This document shows, in pieces, positions 49,770-61,576 of a stretch of DNA of 64,000 nucleotides. The DNA comes from Felis catus (taxonomy: Eukaryota). A program made the translations under genes and the position numbers. Under the pieces are notes generated by a model. It ran no database searches. It was given only the letters and a program-made list of their open reading frames with translations, and was not told the origin of the DNA. The stretch is from NCBI RefSeq assembly GCF_018350175.1, contig NC_058383.1, positions 23,190,001 through 23,254,000 on the forward strand, read 5' to 3'. Within the stretch, counting starts at the first letter, position 1. Every line of letters starts with the position of its first letter.

Positions 49770-50040
49770 CTAAAGTGCCTACGGGGGCCAGACGAGAGGA
49801 CATATATAAGAAGCCCACTGAGTTGGTTCTTGGTGAACTGGGGAGCCTATGTCCTACCTTAATAAGGCAGCGACTTCTGAGCTCTGGGAATTGCTGCTAT
49901 GTAGGCTTGAATATGGAAATGTGAGTTTTCACGTGAATATCTCAATATTTAAACGCTGACATCAAATGACCACCATGTAGACCAAGAAATTCATGCGTCT
50001 AGTGTGACTACAGCTCAAGACCTCCAAAGTGCAACTGTTG
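49770..50040. mobile_element. MER102-like hAT fragment within L2
   Basis: tgcctacgggggccag...gttttcacgtgaatatctcaatatttaaa. Confidence 0.5.
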
Positions 50041-50559
50041 ATGGCAATGTAGAAGGGGCAGATGTTGGAGGGAAGGAGACAGGTTTGCAAGCTTTTTTAA
50101 TACAGTAGGAATGACTAAGGTTTTAAGTTACCATGTGGTCGGAGAGGGAGCATTAGCACTAGTCTTTGGTGACTCTCCGGCTTCTGACTCAAATGGCTAA
50201 GGGAGGGAAGTGGTACTCACCAAGTTAGGGAATATGAGAAGATGAGGAGCAAGAGGAGGAGGTCATCAGTTCTGGTTTTAATGACCGAGTTTGGGACACT
50301 GAGGAGATAATTTACAGTAGGTGCTGGGAAGTCCAAGCCAAGATGGCAGGAGAGACCTGGAAGGCTGGATCTAGGGGGTGCAGCCTGGAGGAGGAGTCCG
50401 AGGTGGTGGGTATGGAGGCATTCCTCTGGTAACAGACTATGAGTGGTAAGAGAAGGCTGGTGAACACAAAAGCTTAATTGGCTGGCAAAGGAAGGAGATC
50501 CAGGCAGAAGACTTTGAAGAGCAGGTTGAGAAAAGGTGAGAATTAGAAACGTGTGATTA

Positions 50560-50990
50560 CTGGTTGCCCCCTAAAACCTATTACCCCCCTTTCCCACAGT
50601 ACTAAAGCCTTGACTTTCAGCTGGGCAGCAAGGGAGAGACTACATTTCACAGCCTCCCTCGTACCTGAGTGTGGCCAATGTGTTTAAATCAATCAGATGT
50701 GAGCAGATGTGATGTGTGCAACATCCACGTGTGCCCACACCCCATCCCTAGGTCCACTCCTCCACCCTGCTTCCTAGTGAGCCACCCTGGACTGTGGAGG
50801 TAAGAACAACACTCCAGGGATAGCAGAGCAACAAGATAGAAGAGGTGTGGGCCCCTGGTTGATGTGGAACAGATTCTCATCAAGCTGGCCCTGGACTGTT
50901 CCCCACATTGTTAAGTAACAGATACATAAACTTCTGTCTTCATCAAGCCAGTATTAATTTGGCGAGGTCTATATCTTAACCAACTCTCTG
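50560..50990 (+). mobile_element. MaLR LTR (MLT1G/H/I-like)
   Basis: gactacatttcacagcctccct...gtggccaatgtg, atagcagagcaacaagatagaagag, ataaacttctgtcttcatcaagcca. Confidence 0.6.
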
Positions 50991-51188
50991 GTGAAATGAA
51001 AGACAAGGGATAATATAGTTTCCAGAAGGAGCAAATAATCAGTGGTGTCTAATGCTGTAAATAAGCCAAAGAATTTCTTGAAAAGTAGCCCCTGGTGTTT
51101 ATGAGATCATGAGATCATGGGTGGTCTTAGCAAGAAATGAGTTTAAGGGCATTGGTTAGCTGGCCAGCTTTGAATAAGAAAGAAGACC

Positions 51189-51390
51189 GGGGGTGCCTGG
51201 GTGGCTCAGTCAGTTGAGCTTTGGCTCAGGTCATGATCTCGTGGTCTGTGAGTTCCAGCCCCGTGTCGGGCTCTGTGCTGACAGCTCGGAGCCTGGAGCC
51301 TGCTTGGGATTCTATGTCTCCCTCTCTCTGGCCCTCCCCTACCTGCACTCTGTCTCCCTCTCAAAAATAAATAAACATTAAAAAAAAAAT
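51189..51390 (+). mobile_element. Can-SINE (first of a tandem pair)
   Basis: Head, (CT)n, poly(A). Confidence 0.95.
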
Positions 51391-51404
51391 AAAAGAAAAA
51401 AGAC

Positions 51405-51615
51405 AGGTGCGCCTGGGTGGCTCAGTTGGTTGAGCGTCCAACTTTGGCTCAGGTAATGATCTCACAGTTAGTGGGTTTGAGCCCTGCACCGGGTTCGCAG
51501 CTGTCAGCACGAAGCCAGCTTTGAATCCTCTGTCCTCCTCTCTCTCTGCCCCTCCCCCACTCATATTTTTTCTCTCTCTCTCTGTCTCTCTCTCAAAAAT
51601 AAACATTTTTTTTAA
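51405..51615 (+). mobile_element. Can-SINE (second of a tandem pair)
   Basis: Head, (CT)n, tail; outer TSD aagaaagaagacc. Confidence 0.95.
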
Positions 51616-54189
51616 AAAGAAAGAAGACCAGTGATGGTTTTAGGCATTATCTAGGTTCAATTTCCCCCCAGAAACCACCACTGAGACAAAGATTTGAATG
51701 CAAGAAGGGCAATACTGAATGCAAGGGAAGGTGATATTGGGAGATACCAGAGAACAGGAAAAGGAGGTAAACACCGAAAAGACAACGGAAGACATGTTAT
51801 CAAGTCAGTTACCACCGTGGGCAACTGGAGTGTGATCCTGCTGGGAAGTCTGAGAGACCGTGTGGAATATACCCCAGAGTTGTCCCGACGGAATAACAAG
51901 AAAGCTGGAGTATATATCCACCGAGTCTCTACTGAGTGCTGTCTCCAGGGGCTGAGGACTCACCAGCATTCTGACTGCCCTTCCCAGGCCAAATCACTGA
52001 CCGTGTCTGCTCTAGGTGCGTGCAAACGGGTGAATGGGTAGGTGGGAGATGGGAGGATTCGAGGGAGCACTTGTGCTGAAGGATATGGTGCAAGTCTTAA
52101 AGCAAAAGGCAAGTTCTGAAATGACCGCTGGGGGGTGGGTGTGGGAGGCCACAAGGCGTGCGCCAAACAACGCTCAGAAATGCCAGGGGCTCTGATGAAC
52201 TCTGACTCAGAATGCAAAAGTGGAATCAATTATCACAGTAGCAGCTTTTGAAAGGTTACGAACCAGCAAAGAAGACTGGGACAAATGTCTCCTTGAGTTC
52301 TTGAGTTTGTTTTTAAAAAAATCTACGAAGACAGAAGCCTCTTTCTGGATGGTGTGAACGTACCTGCATCAGGCCCAAGGGTGCCCAGCGTGGGAAGGAG
52401 TGGGGGGGGAGGGGGGAAATCCAGTCTCCATCTGGTTCCTCATGCTCTCTCTTGTGCAGCTGGGCTCACCAGGAGGGGTGCCTCCAGCCATTTCGCAGGA
52501 GGCTGGTAGTAGCCTTGGGCTAAATACAAAGGATCCCATCCACCAAGGTCTGGGCCAAATGTGGACCTCCAAAGTGGGTCATCTAGGGCCCATGTCCAAT
52601 GGAGTGATGCGAGCACCGCCCTCCCCGACAGCACCCCTCCCCAAGTTGTACTTCCCAAGAAAGGCTTTCTGCCTATTAGTATCAGAGAGAGAAACGAAAA
52701 GCTATATTTCAGTTTGTTTATTGCTCTAAAGCATCTGTTACTTTGCTATGTTTTGCAGGGAAACTTGGCATCTCATATTCATAAACAGGCTGCTTTGGGT
52801 TTAATTGTGCAGCTAACTTGGGCCATAAAGCGGGATCTGTGGTGGCCTGGAAAGGTTTCTGAGGGAGCAGCAAATGAGCCTCCCAGGCTACCTTGCCTAG
52901 AAGATAATCTATGTGTTAACAGCACCCCTGAAAAGGATGCACATTCAGCTCTCAGTCTTGGGGTGCAAGGGAGCCTGAGCCCGACATGAACCATGAGAAA
53001 GTCCGATTTCTCATGACCTGACCCTTGCAGAGAGCTCAGCTGGGTCACGGAGAGTCTGCAGATATCTCTGACCTCAGCCTTCTGGCACCTGGGTGACCGG
53101 TGTCTGTGTGCCAGACCCTCGTGTTGTACCCAAGACCTCACTTGTTCCTGACAACCACGGTAAGGGAGCTGATGCTTCTCCAGGGAAAGGTCCCTACTTT
53201 ATCCCCAGCAGAGGAGCACCCCTGGTAAAAATCCAGGACAAAGTGGAATCCACAGGGACAGTGAGATCACACCAGCAGGAAGTGAGATGTGAGGGCAAGA
53301 GCCCCAAGTTCAAATGCTCTGTTCTTCCTGGGGTTTTCTTGGCTTCTGTCAATTCCCTCTCTGGGGCCTGTGGGTTAGTTGGCCTTTGGGGGATTCCCCT
53401 GCATTGGAGGCTTCAGGGAATGAGGTGAGAAGACTTTCCTCTTCCAAGCCACCTCCCGCAAAAGGTTAAGTGACGGGGGCAGGAACGGGGTCGGGTGGTG
53501 GTGGTATGTTGTGTGAGAGCGAGAAGCAAGGTGGTTCAGATCTGAAGATGTATCTGGAAACAAGGAATGACGGTCAAGGTAGATGTCTAGGTGGGACTGG
53601 ACGCTGCCTAACTTACACGGGGGAGAAAGCTGACAGCAGATACATTTTCCCCATTTTACAGACGGAAGAACAGAGAACCAAGGTCATCCAGCCTGGAAGT
53701 GGCAGAGGTTTGAACCGTCTCTATCAGACCCAGAGCCTGCCCTGGAGGGTGATACTGCAGGGCCTGTCCCTGGGGTCTAGGGAGAAGACCCTGGATATGG
53801 ATCTCCCTCTGTTATGGAGCCTGTGCCCAGGGTTAGAGATTCCGGCCAAAACTTGCATCCTCTTGAATAAAGCTTCTGCTTTTCCTTCAATGTTGGCAGG
53901 AGCCCCAATTTGGAGTCAAATGGATCTGGGTGAAGCTTATGGACTACTTACTAGTGTGGTCTTAGGCACATGACTTAACTTCTCTGTTCCTCGGGTTTCT
54001 AATCTCTAAAACAGAGCTAAGAATAGTACTACTCCATAGGGTTGTTGCAAGGATTAGATGAGATAATACAACAAGATAAACCAGATCACGTGAAGTCCCT
54101 AGAATGGTCCTTGACACAGAATAAGCACTTTGTGTTAGATGTCAGAAGTAATATTTATATAGTGACATTTGGGTCAAGTATGGCTCAGC

Positions 54190-54636
54190 TTTTCTTTTTC
54201 TTTCTTTCTTTTTTATATAATTTATTGTCAAGTTAGCTAACATACAGTATACAGTGTGCTCTTGGTTTCAGGAGTAGATTCCCATGATTCACCACTTCCC
54301 TACAATACCCCAGTGCTCATCCCAACAAGTGCCCTCCTCATTGCCCATCACCCACTTTCCCCTCCCCCCCACCCCCCCATCAACCCTCAGTTTGTTCTCT
54401 GTATTTAAGAATCTCTTATGGTTTGCCTCCCTCTCTGTTTATAACTATTTTTTCCCTTCCCTTCCCTTCCCCATGGTCTTCTGTTAAGTTTCTCAAATTC
54501 CACATAGGAGTGAAAACATATGGTACCTTTCTCTGACTGACTTATTCCACTTAGCATAATGCCCTCCAGTTCCATCCACATTGTTGCAAATGGCAAGATT
54601 TCATTCTTTTTCATTGCCAAGTAGCATTTCATTGTA
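54190..54636 (-). mobile_element. Carnivore/felid L1 3' end
   Basis: ttagctaacatacagtatacagtgtgctcttggtttcaggagtaga...ccacattgttgcaaatggcaagatttcattc. Confidence 0.9.
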
Positions 54637-55328
54637 TTTCCTGACCCTGTATTTCTCCTTCTTCCTCGGTTTCTATGACTTGCCTAGAAATGGAGCCCTT
54701 ACCCCACCTGGGGCAGGACCCACCTATTCTGGTTTTTAGGTGCCAGTCTGGAACCCTCTGGCTTTTCTCTACTGGACCTAGAAAAGTGTGAGGCTGGTCT
54801 AGGCCCTCTTGGTGGCTGGCTAGGTGGGTGCCCCAACTTCTCCCATAGGCTGGCCCCAAAGTCCGGATTAAGGGTGATGATGGGTAGTTGTAGAATGCCT
54901 AATTTTGGTCTTGGGTTCAAGATGCATTCTTCAGTCTAGCTTAACCGGAACACAAATAAAAATTACATTTTCATTTCTACCTGACTCTATTTTTTTTTTT
55001 TAATTTAGTTTCGAACGAGGAAGTGAGGAGGGGTGTGATTAATCACTAACCTCAAATCTCAACAGAAGGTAAGTACAACTATCACCCATTATTTCATCCT
55101 CAGCCAAAAACAACAACAAAAACCCGGTGAGGTAGTTATTCCAGCCTCTGCAGTGACTTTCTAAGACAGCTCACTTCCTTTTTTTATTGATAGTGGTCAT
55201 TCCTTGAACTTCCCACCCACATTGCCCGGCATGGTGGGCCTTCACGTAACAAACTTCTATCAAAGAACTCTTGTTCGAGCAAAACTCCTATTCCTTCAAC
55301 TCTTGCCCATTGGACCAGTTATTTTGGG

Positions 55329-55360
<32 letters not shown>

Positions 55361-55388
55361 GTGTGTGTATGTGTGTGTGTGTGTGTGT
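55329..55388. repeat. (GT)n microsatellite, interrupted
   Basis: Direct read. Confidence 0.95.
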
Positions 55389-56238
55389 CCTCTGGCCTCT
55401 CCCAGTTTACCTGGCTCACCCTTAAGGGTGTGAAACCCTGTGAGCTGCTAGGCTGGTGCTCAGGACAGCACTTTCCTGACACAATGAGGCTGAGAAATGT
55501 TTGCTGACCTTCTTTACTGTCATTTCCTTTCATCACAAATGGTCACTGTGTCCAGGAGCTGGCATCTGTTTGCAGTTTACGGTATCCTGCGAGCACTACA
55601 CGGCGATCCAAATTGGCCCCGAATGCGGCATATGGTTAGCAGGGATGTTGCTATGGTCTGGGAATCTGAACACAGCTCAGTTCACCTGCCTCGCTGATCC
55701 CCGAGACTCTTCTGGAAATCCCACATATGCTGGTTTTTTTGAAAGTGAAGTCAGAAATAAAGATGTTCACATGGAATTTCTCAATTATAAAATTTTGGCC
55801 AGTGTTCTTAAGCAACCTCAAGAGCCACAGAAAAATACAATAAGGACCGAGTCAGACGTGTCCCCTACCTAATGCTGCAGCCTCCTGCCTGCCAGCTTGC
55901 AACCTGTGTGCCTGGGCCGCTGGCATTTTCTTCCTGTCTTTTACCAGATGTCTGTTAAGGACCAGTGAAATGCCAATAACTGGAGAAGACGTGGGAAGCA
56001 GAGAAGCTAGCAAAGGACCCCACAGTTCTCGCCATTGCAGATCTTGCAAAGAACCAGATTAAGCGAAGAACCCAGGGCGTAAGTCTCTGAGAGGCTATGA
56101 AGTGTCTTCTCCAGCTTCCCAAGGTCACTGGAAACCCCCCTGTCCTCATTTTGGTGAGAAGTTAGGATTTTGCCATAGAAGTCACCTACCCTCACGTAAA
56201 CCTTTGTTCCTACTCCAGTCAAAAATAGCTCTACTTTC

Positions 56239-56456
56239 GGGGCGCCTGGGTGGCTCAGTCGGTTAAGCTTCCGACTTCGGCTCAGGTCATGATCTCGTGG
56301 TCTGTGGGTTCGAGCCCCGCGTTGGGTTCTGTGCTGACAGCTCAGAGCCTGGAGCCTGCTTCCGATTCTGTGTCTCCCTCTCTCTCTGACCCTCCCCCAT
56401 TCATGCTCTGTCTCTGTCTCAAAAATAAATAAACATTAAAAAAAAATTTTTTTTTT
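56239..56456 (+). mobile_element. Can-SINE (SINEC_Fc-like, near consensus)
   Basis: Perfect TSD aatagctctactttc at 56224-56238 and 56457-56471. Confidence 0.96.
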
Positions 56457-56954
56457 AATAGCTCTACTTTCTCTCAAGTCATTACCTTTCCTTCTTGCCA
56501 CTCTCATATGGCTAGACATGCATTCTGGTACATTCTTTAGCACATGGAGGGGGCTGGTGACCGAGGGGAGATGGGGAAACAGAGGAAGGGAGTAGAGATA
56601 GTGCAAGAGGCAGGACCCAAGATCAGCCCTCCAAACTTGCAGTGTTCACATGGGTTCCAACGTGCCTCATCCCGACAGCACGGACGTCCGCACTTCCTGC
56701 CGAGAGGCAGAGTGACCTCCCAGGTCTCCCTGTTCATCAGTCAGGGACGGAAGGGAACCAGCACTGCGCCAAGCCCCTGTTAATGTCACAGAATGGTCAG
56801 GGGCATTCACACTGACCCCTCCCAACAGTCCCACAAGGTACATGCTATTAATATTGCTATTCTGCAGATCAGCAAAGTGAGTGGAGATGAGGTGAGTTCT
56901 CTCCCAAGACCACAGAATTCACAGACGGCAGAGCTGGGATTTGAACTGAGGTCC

Positions 56955-57495
56955 GTCTCTTGGCTGCAAGGGACAGAGAAGCCACTCACACTAGCGCAAA
57001 CAGCAATGGAATGTATTGCCACCGTACTCTGATGGCCAGTGATTCAACCGGTCTCAGATCCCTCTCATCCAGGGGCCCAAGTACGTCATCAAGGGTGTCT
57101 CCGTCATCAGCTTTGCCATCCCTGGTGTTCCGGCTTCACGTGACAAACCACGCCCCGGTGCAACTGGCCAAGATGTGCACTGGCACACACAGCTTGAGAT
57201 CCCAGAGGGAAAGGGACTTATTTCTATCAGAATCCACTCTCTTAGGGAAGTTTTGACTGGCCCGGGGTGAGTCACATGCCATCCCCTGAACAAATTTCAG
57301 TGGCCAAGGAATAAGGTTCCCTGACTGGACGGCCCGGGTCACATGCCCACCTCAGCAGCTGGGGGGCAGCCTTATATGCTCATCGGCCAGGACCGCACAG
57401 CACAATGCAGGTTCCCAAAGGAACGTCCAAGTCTGGTATCAGCCAGAGAAGGAAACGGATGCTGAGCAGGCAAAACCAATGAATCTTGTCTACAC
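56955..57495 (-). mobile_element. MaLR LTR (MLT1K-like)
   Basis: ttggctgcaagggacagagaagccactcacactagc...gggtgagtcacatgccatcccctgaac...ggatgctgagcaggcaaaa. Confidence 0.6.
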
Positions 57496-58679
57496 TTCCT
57501 GTGTCAAAGCTTTTCCCACATCTTTATTAGGAAGAAAACAAATCAGGGTAAGAGACTTAGCAGATCTGAGCCTTCCCTCATTCGCCTGCTTACTCTCTAG
57601 TATGTAGGTTGGGAGAAGGTCCTGAACTCGTCCCACGGGCTGGGCTCTATGCTGTCCAGAGCTCTGTGGGGCTGCGGGGGTTCCCTGTTCTCTCTCGCCC
57701 TGGCTCACCCCGTCCACTGCTGCCAGTCACGGGCTCCCTCCCGGGCCGGCGGCCCTGAGCCCGGTCCCTGGTGCTTGGCCGCGGAAAATCCTCACGCTCT
57801 GGTGGCAGAAGGGGAGAGTGGCTGCCTCACCCACTTGGGGAGCCCAGGAAAGATTTCAGACTCAAACATGTTTGCAGGGAGAATACAGCAGCCGAGCCGG
57901 TACCTCCAGATTAATTTACACTCCAGCGGCCCCCAGAGACGCTGACAGACTGATGGATGGTAATGCCTGCTGGGTGTGCAGCCGCATTAATGTCGCCACA
58001 GACTCAGCTCATTACCCCCGGGTTCCGCCCCTTCCTCCGCACACCTCGGACACGGTTACTCTCTCGTAAAATGGGACCGGCTCGCTAGGGCCATGTGCAT
58101 TCAGTGGCAGACCCCTGGGGTGGGTACCCACTGGCCTACCAACACGGCAGAGGGTGCTTACCCCTCGCGCCTCCGTCCACCATCCATCCCTCCAAGGGCC
58201 TGGCGCAGACATGCAGGGTGCCTGGCAAGAACTTATTCCACAAGCGGAGCTCCATTACCTTTCACCCCAGGGAGCTAAGGGCTGAGAAGACAGGAACGCT
58301 CCTGACATCACGGTCCCGGCCTATAGGGCGCTGGGCCTTGAAGGCTCCCAAGGTGGTCTACAAGACGCCGAGACTCGGCAGAATATGCCTGAATCCCGAG
58401 AGATCATCCGAGTGGTATGCACTCGGAAAGCAGAGACTGAGTCTGGGGCTGTCTGGACACAGACACTGGGTTGGTAATGACATAGTACTAATGTCGCACG
58501 TGTAGCCAGAGCCCAGACGATCTGCGCAGATGGTCTTGACACTGGCTAGTGAAGGCAGGTGCTCAGCTTGCAGAGAGGGAGTACAAAATGGTTGATTTAA
58601 TTTCTCACTTGCCCCCACCCCCCAGGTTGTTGTAGGGATATACAGATAGGGCTTCGTGCAAATGTCAGGAGACCATCTG

Positions 58680-59030
58680 CACCCTTCCCCTTCTGTGAAT
58701 TCATCTCCAAACACTTGCCCTCTCCCTCCCTCTCTTCATTCCAGCCTCGCAGGTTCTTCCGCAATTGAACACCAGGCACACTCCTACCCCAGGGCCTTTG
58801 CATGTGATGTTCTCTGTACACGGGAAGCTCTCCCGTGAGAGCTCCATGCCTCCCCTTCTTCAAGTCTGTACTCAAATACGCCTTCTTGGGGAAGGCACCC
58901 CAGACCACTCTATTTAGAAGTGCGGCCCCTTCCCCCTGCACTCCTTATCGTCATTTCTTGTTTTGTTTTTCTCTGTATCACTTAACACCTTCTAGTTACT
59001 CTGTAATTGACTTGTTTCTGGTATCTGAGT
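58680..59030 (+). mobile_element. L2 fragment
   Basis: aacaccaggcacactcctaccccagggcctttgcatgtgatgttc...caagtctgtactcaaat. Confidence 0.7.
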
Positions 59031-59456
59031 CCTGTTATGCCACCGCTTAATATCCTCCATCGGTTCCCACAACTCATGGGTCTCCCACAGGGTGGGGTGA
59101 TCCGGGTGGTCCCGTGCTCAGCATCAATTCACACTGAGTCACAGACCAAAAGGCTATTTATTCCCTTTCCAACCTCTGCTGCTTAGTCAGGGATGAAGTC
59201 TCAGTTTGGTGTCAGCGTCTCTGACACCTGTTCTCCTGCACTTTTGGCAAAGGGAGAGCACGTCTCAGGCTCCAAGCCTCAGCAGGCAACATTGTCCATC
59301 AGAATTCAATAATATTTTGTTTTTGTTATATCGACTTTTTTGACAAAAGCTACTAGTTTTCCACTCACCACAGCAATAAAGAGTTTACTACTTGCTGAAT
59401 AATTCACATACAAAACCCAAATGCCTGACACACACAGAAAGATCAAGAAGGGATAA

Positions 59457-59662
59457 GGCACCTGGGTGGCTCAGTTGGCTAAGCCTCTGACTCTTGATTT
59501 CGGCTCAGGTCATGAGCTCACAGATTGTGGGACTGAGCCCCATATTGGGTTCAGCACCGAGTGTGGAGCTTGCTTGGGATTCTCTGCCTCTCTCTCCACC
59601 GCTCCCCCACTTATGCTCGCTTACACACTCTCTCAAAAATAAAGAAGCATTAAAAAAAAAAA
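59457..59662 (+). mobile_element. Can-SINE
   Basis: ggcacctgggtggctcagttgg head, A tail. Confidence 0.92.
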
Positions 59663-61237
59663 GAAGAGTCAACAAGGGGTTCCACAAATGACAGAAGTTT
59701 AAGACAGCGTCACGTATACAACCAATTCTAAATACTCTCTCACAGGTACTTGCTTTGATCCCTCAGATGCTCCCCTTCGCAGACCCTTGACCCTGGAAAT
59801 GCAAGGGTATTTAAGGTTCCCCTGGACTCTATGGTTTCACACCCCCCCCCCTCCCCCGCCCAGAAGGGGCATCCCACCACTGTCCTCCAAGTGAACTCCT
59901 GCTCCTGCTTCGGAGCTCAGCGTCAGCCACACCTCCTCCGAGAAGCCGCCCGCTATCCCTCTGTGCACGACAGGGGATGTCCTTCCCCTCACTCCGCCGC
60001 CCCCGTGCACCCTGTTCGCACCTGCACCGCTGCACTGATTATACGCGAGGCTGTGTAAGCACTTCCCTGAGGGCAGAGGCGTCCCGTTCCTCTTCCTGCC
60101 TGCCACGCCCAGCACAGTGCCTGGAACACACCAGGCGCTAAATAAACACCATCTCACAGACACTTGGTCGGACAAGCTGACTGCCTGGCACTTTGGGGTT
60201 ACAGACAGACGTGGGGTGCAATCCATCCAAGCTGATACTGGCTTGCACCATCCTCCGGGTAAGTCGTGACCATGGGACACCCTCAGATCTTCAGATCCTC
60301 TCCCCCATGCAAGTGAGAATCTCTCCTGCTGGCACAAAGGGACAGGCGTCCCCTCTACGCTGTCACCTGGCCAACCACGAGTGTCAGAGGGGACCTCCAT
60401 CTCCCTGCCCACTTCTAGCCATGGGGAAAGGCTTCAGCTCGACCCACTCCTGGTCCCTCCCCACCCTCCTATCACTCCTCATATTGATTTAACTGGCTGG
60501 CAAGTTCGAGAGAAGCAGCCAAGTACACGGTGGTCAGCAACCATCCTTGAGCCCTGCTAGAACCAGCTGCCCCCCAACAAGGGCACCGTCCACCCTTCTA
60601 GGCCATCAGTGCCCAAGACGACCAGGTGGATGGGTCTAACTCAGCAGGATGATTAGCAGGCTGTCCTGACCATGTTCTCCAGCCCCCTTCATCAATAACA
60701 GGGCCGACATCTTGATCACCTTTCTGACCCTTGACTCCACTGGTTTTGAACTTGGGAAGGGAGGAGAGGAACCCAGTTTATGTACTGCCCTCCTCCCCGC
60801 CCCAACCTTCAACAGGTGTGAAGTCTCGGAAGTGTACGGAGGCCAGAGGTCACAAGTGCAGGCAGAGGACCTGGGCCTCAGTTTCCCCCAGGGGAATCGG
60901 CAGTCAGCACCCAACTGGGGGTGCTGCTGGAAGACGAAGTGCCCCAGCCAAAGCTCCAGAGTCCTGGCCCTTTTCAAGGGAGATGAGCTGTGTGAGAACC
61001 GCACCATGGCAAGTGTCCACCCTTTCTGGGCTCACTCACCCCCACTTCCGGCTTTCGCCTTTCCTAGCTGCCCCGCCAACCTCTCATGGCAACCTCAATC
61101 GCCCAACCTTGGCGTCCTGGTGTAGGGATAAAGGGCGCCAGAGAGAGAGAGAGAGACAGGCTACGGCTTCATCATTCTCTCTGCTTACTGCTGGCTGAGC
61201 CAACACAAGTGACTCCGTCTCCCCGTCTCAGTTCCGC

Positions 61238-61249
61238 TTTCTTTTCTTT

Positions 61250-61329
<80 letters not shown>

Positions 61330-61400
61330 TGTTTCTTTCTTTCCTCTTCCTTCCTTCCCTTCCTTTCTTTCCTTCCTTCCTTTCTCTCGCTCTCTCTTTT
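61238..61400. repeat. (TTTC)n/(TTCC)n compound microsatellite
   Basis: Direct read. Confidence 0.95.
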
Positions 61401-61576
61401 TAATGTTTATTTATTTGAGGGTGGAAGAGAGAGAGAGAGGGAGAGAAAATCCCAAGCAGGGTCCACGCTGACAGCACAGAGCCCAACACGGGGCTCGATC
61501 CCACGAACCACGAGATCATGATCTGAGCTGAAATCAAGAGTCAGACACTCAACTGACTGAGCCACCCAGGTGCCCC
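61396..61576 (-). mobile_element. Can-SINE
   Basis: Body ending gccacccaggtgcccc. Confidence 0.95.
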
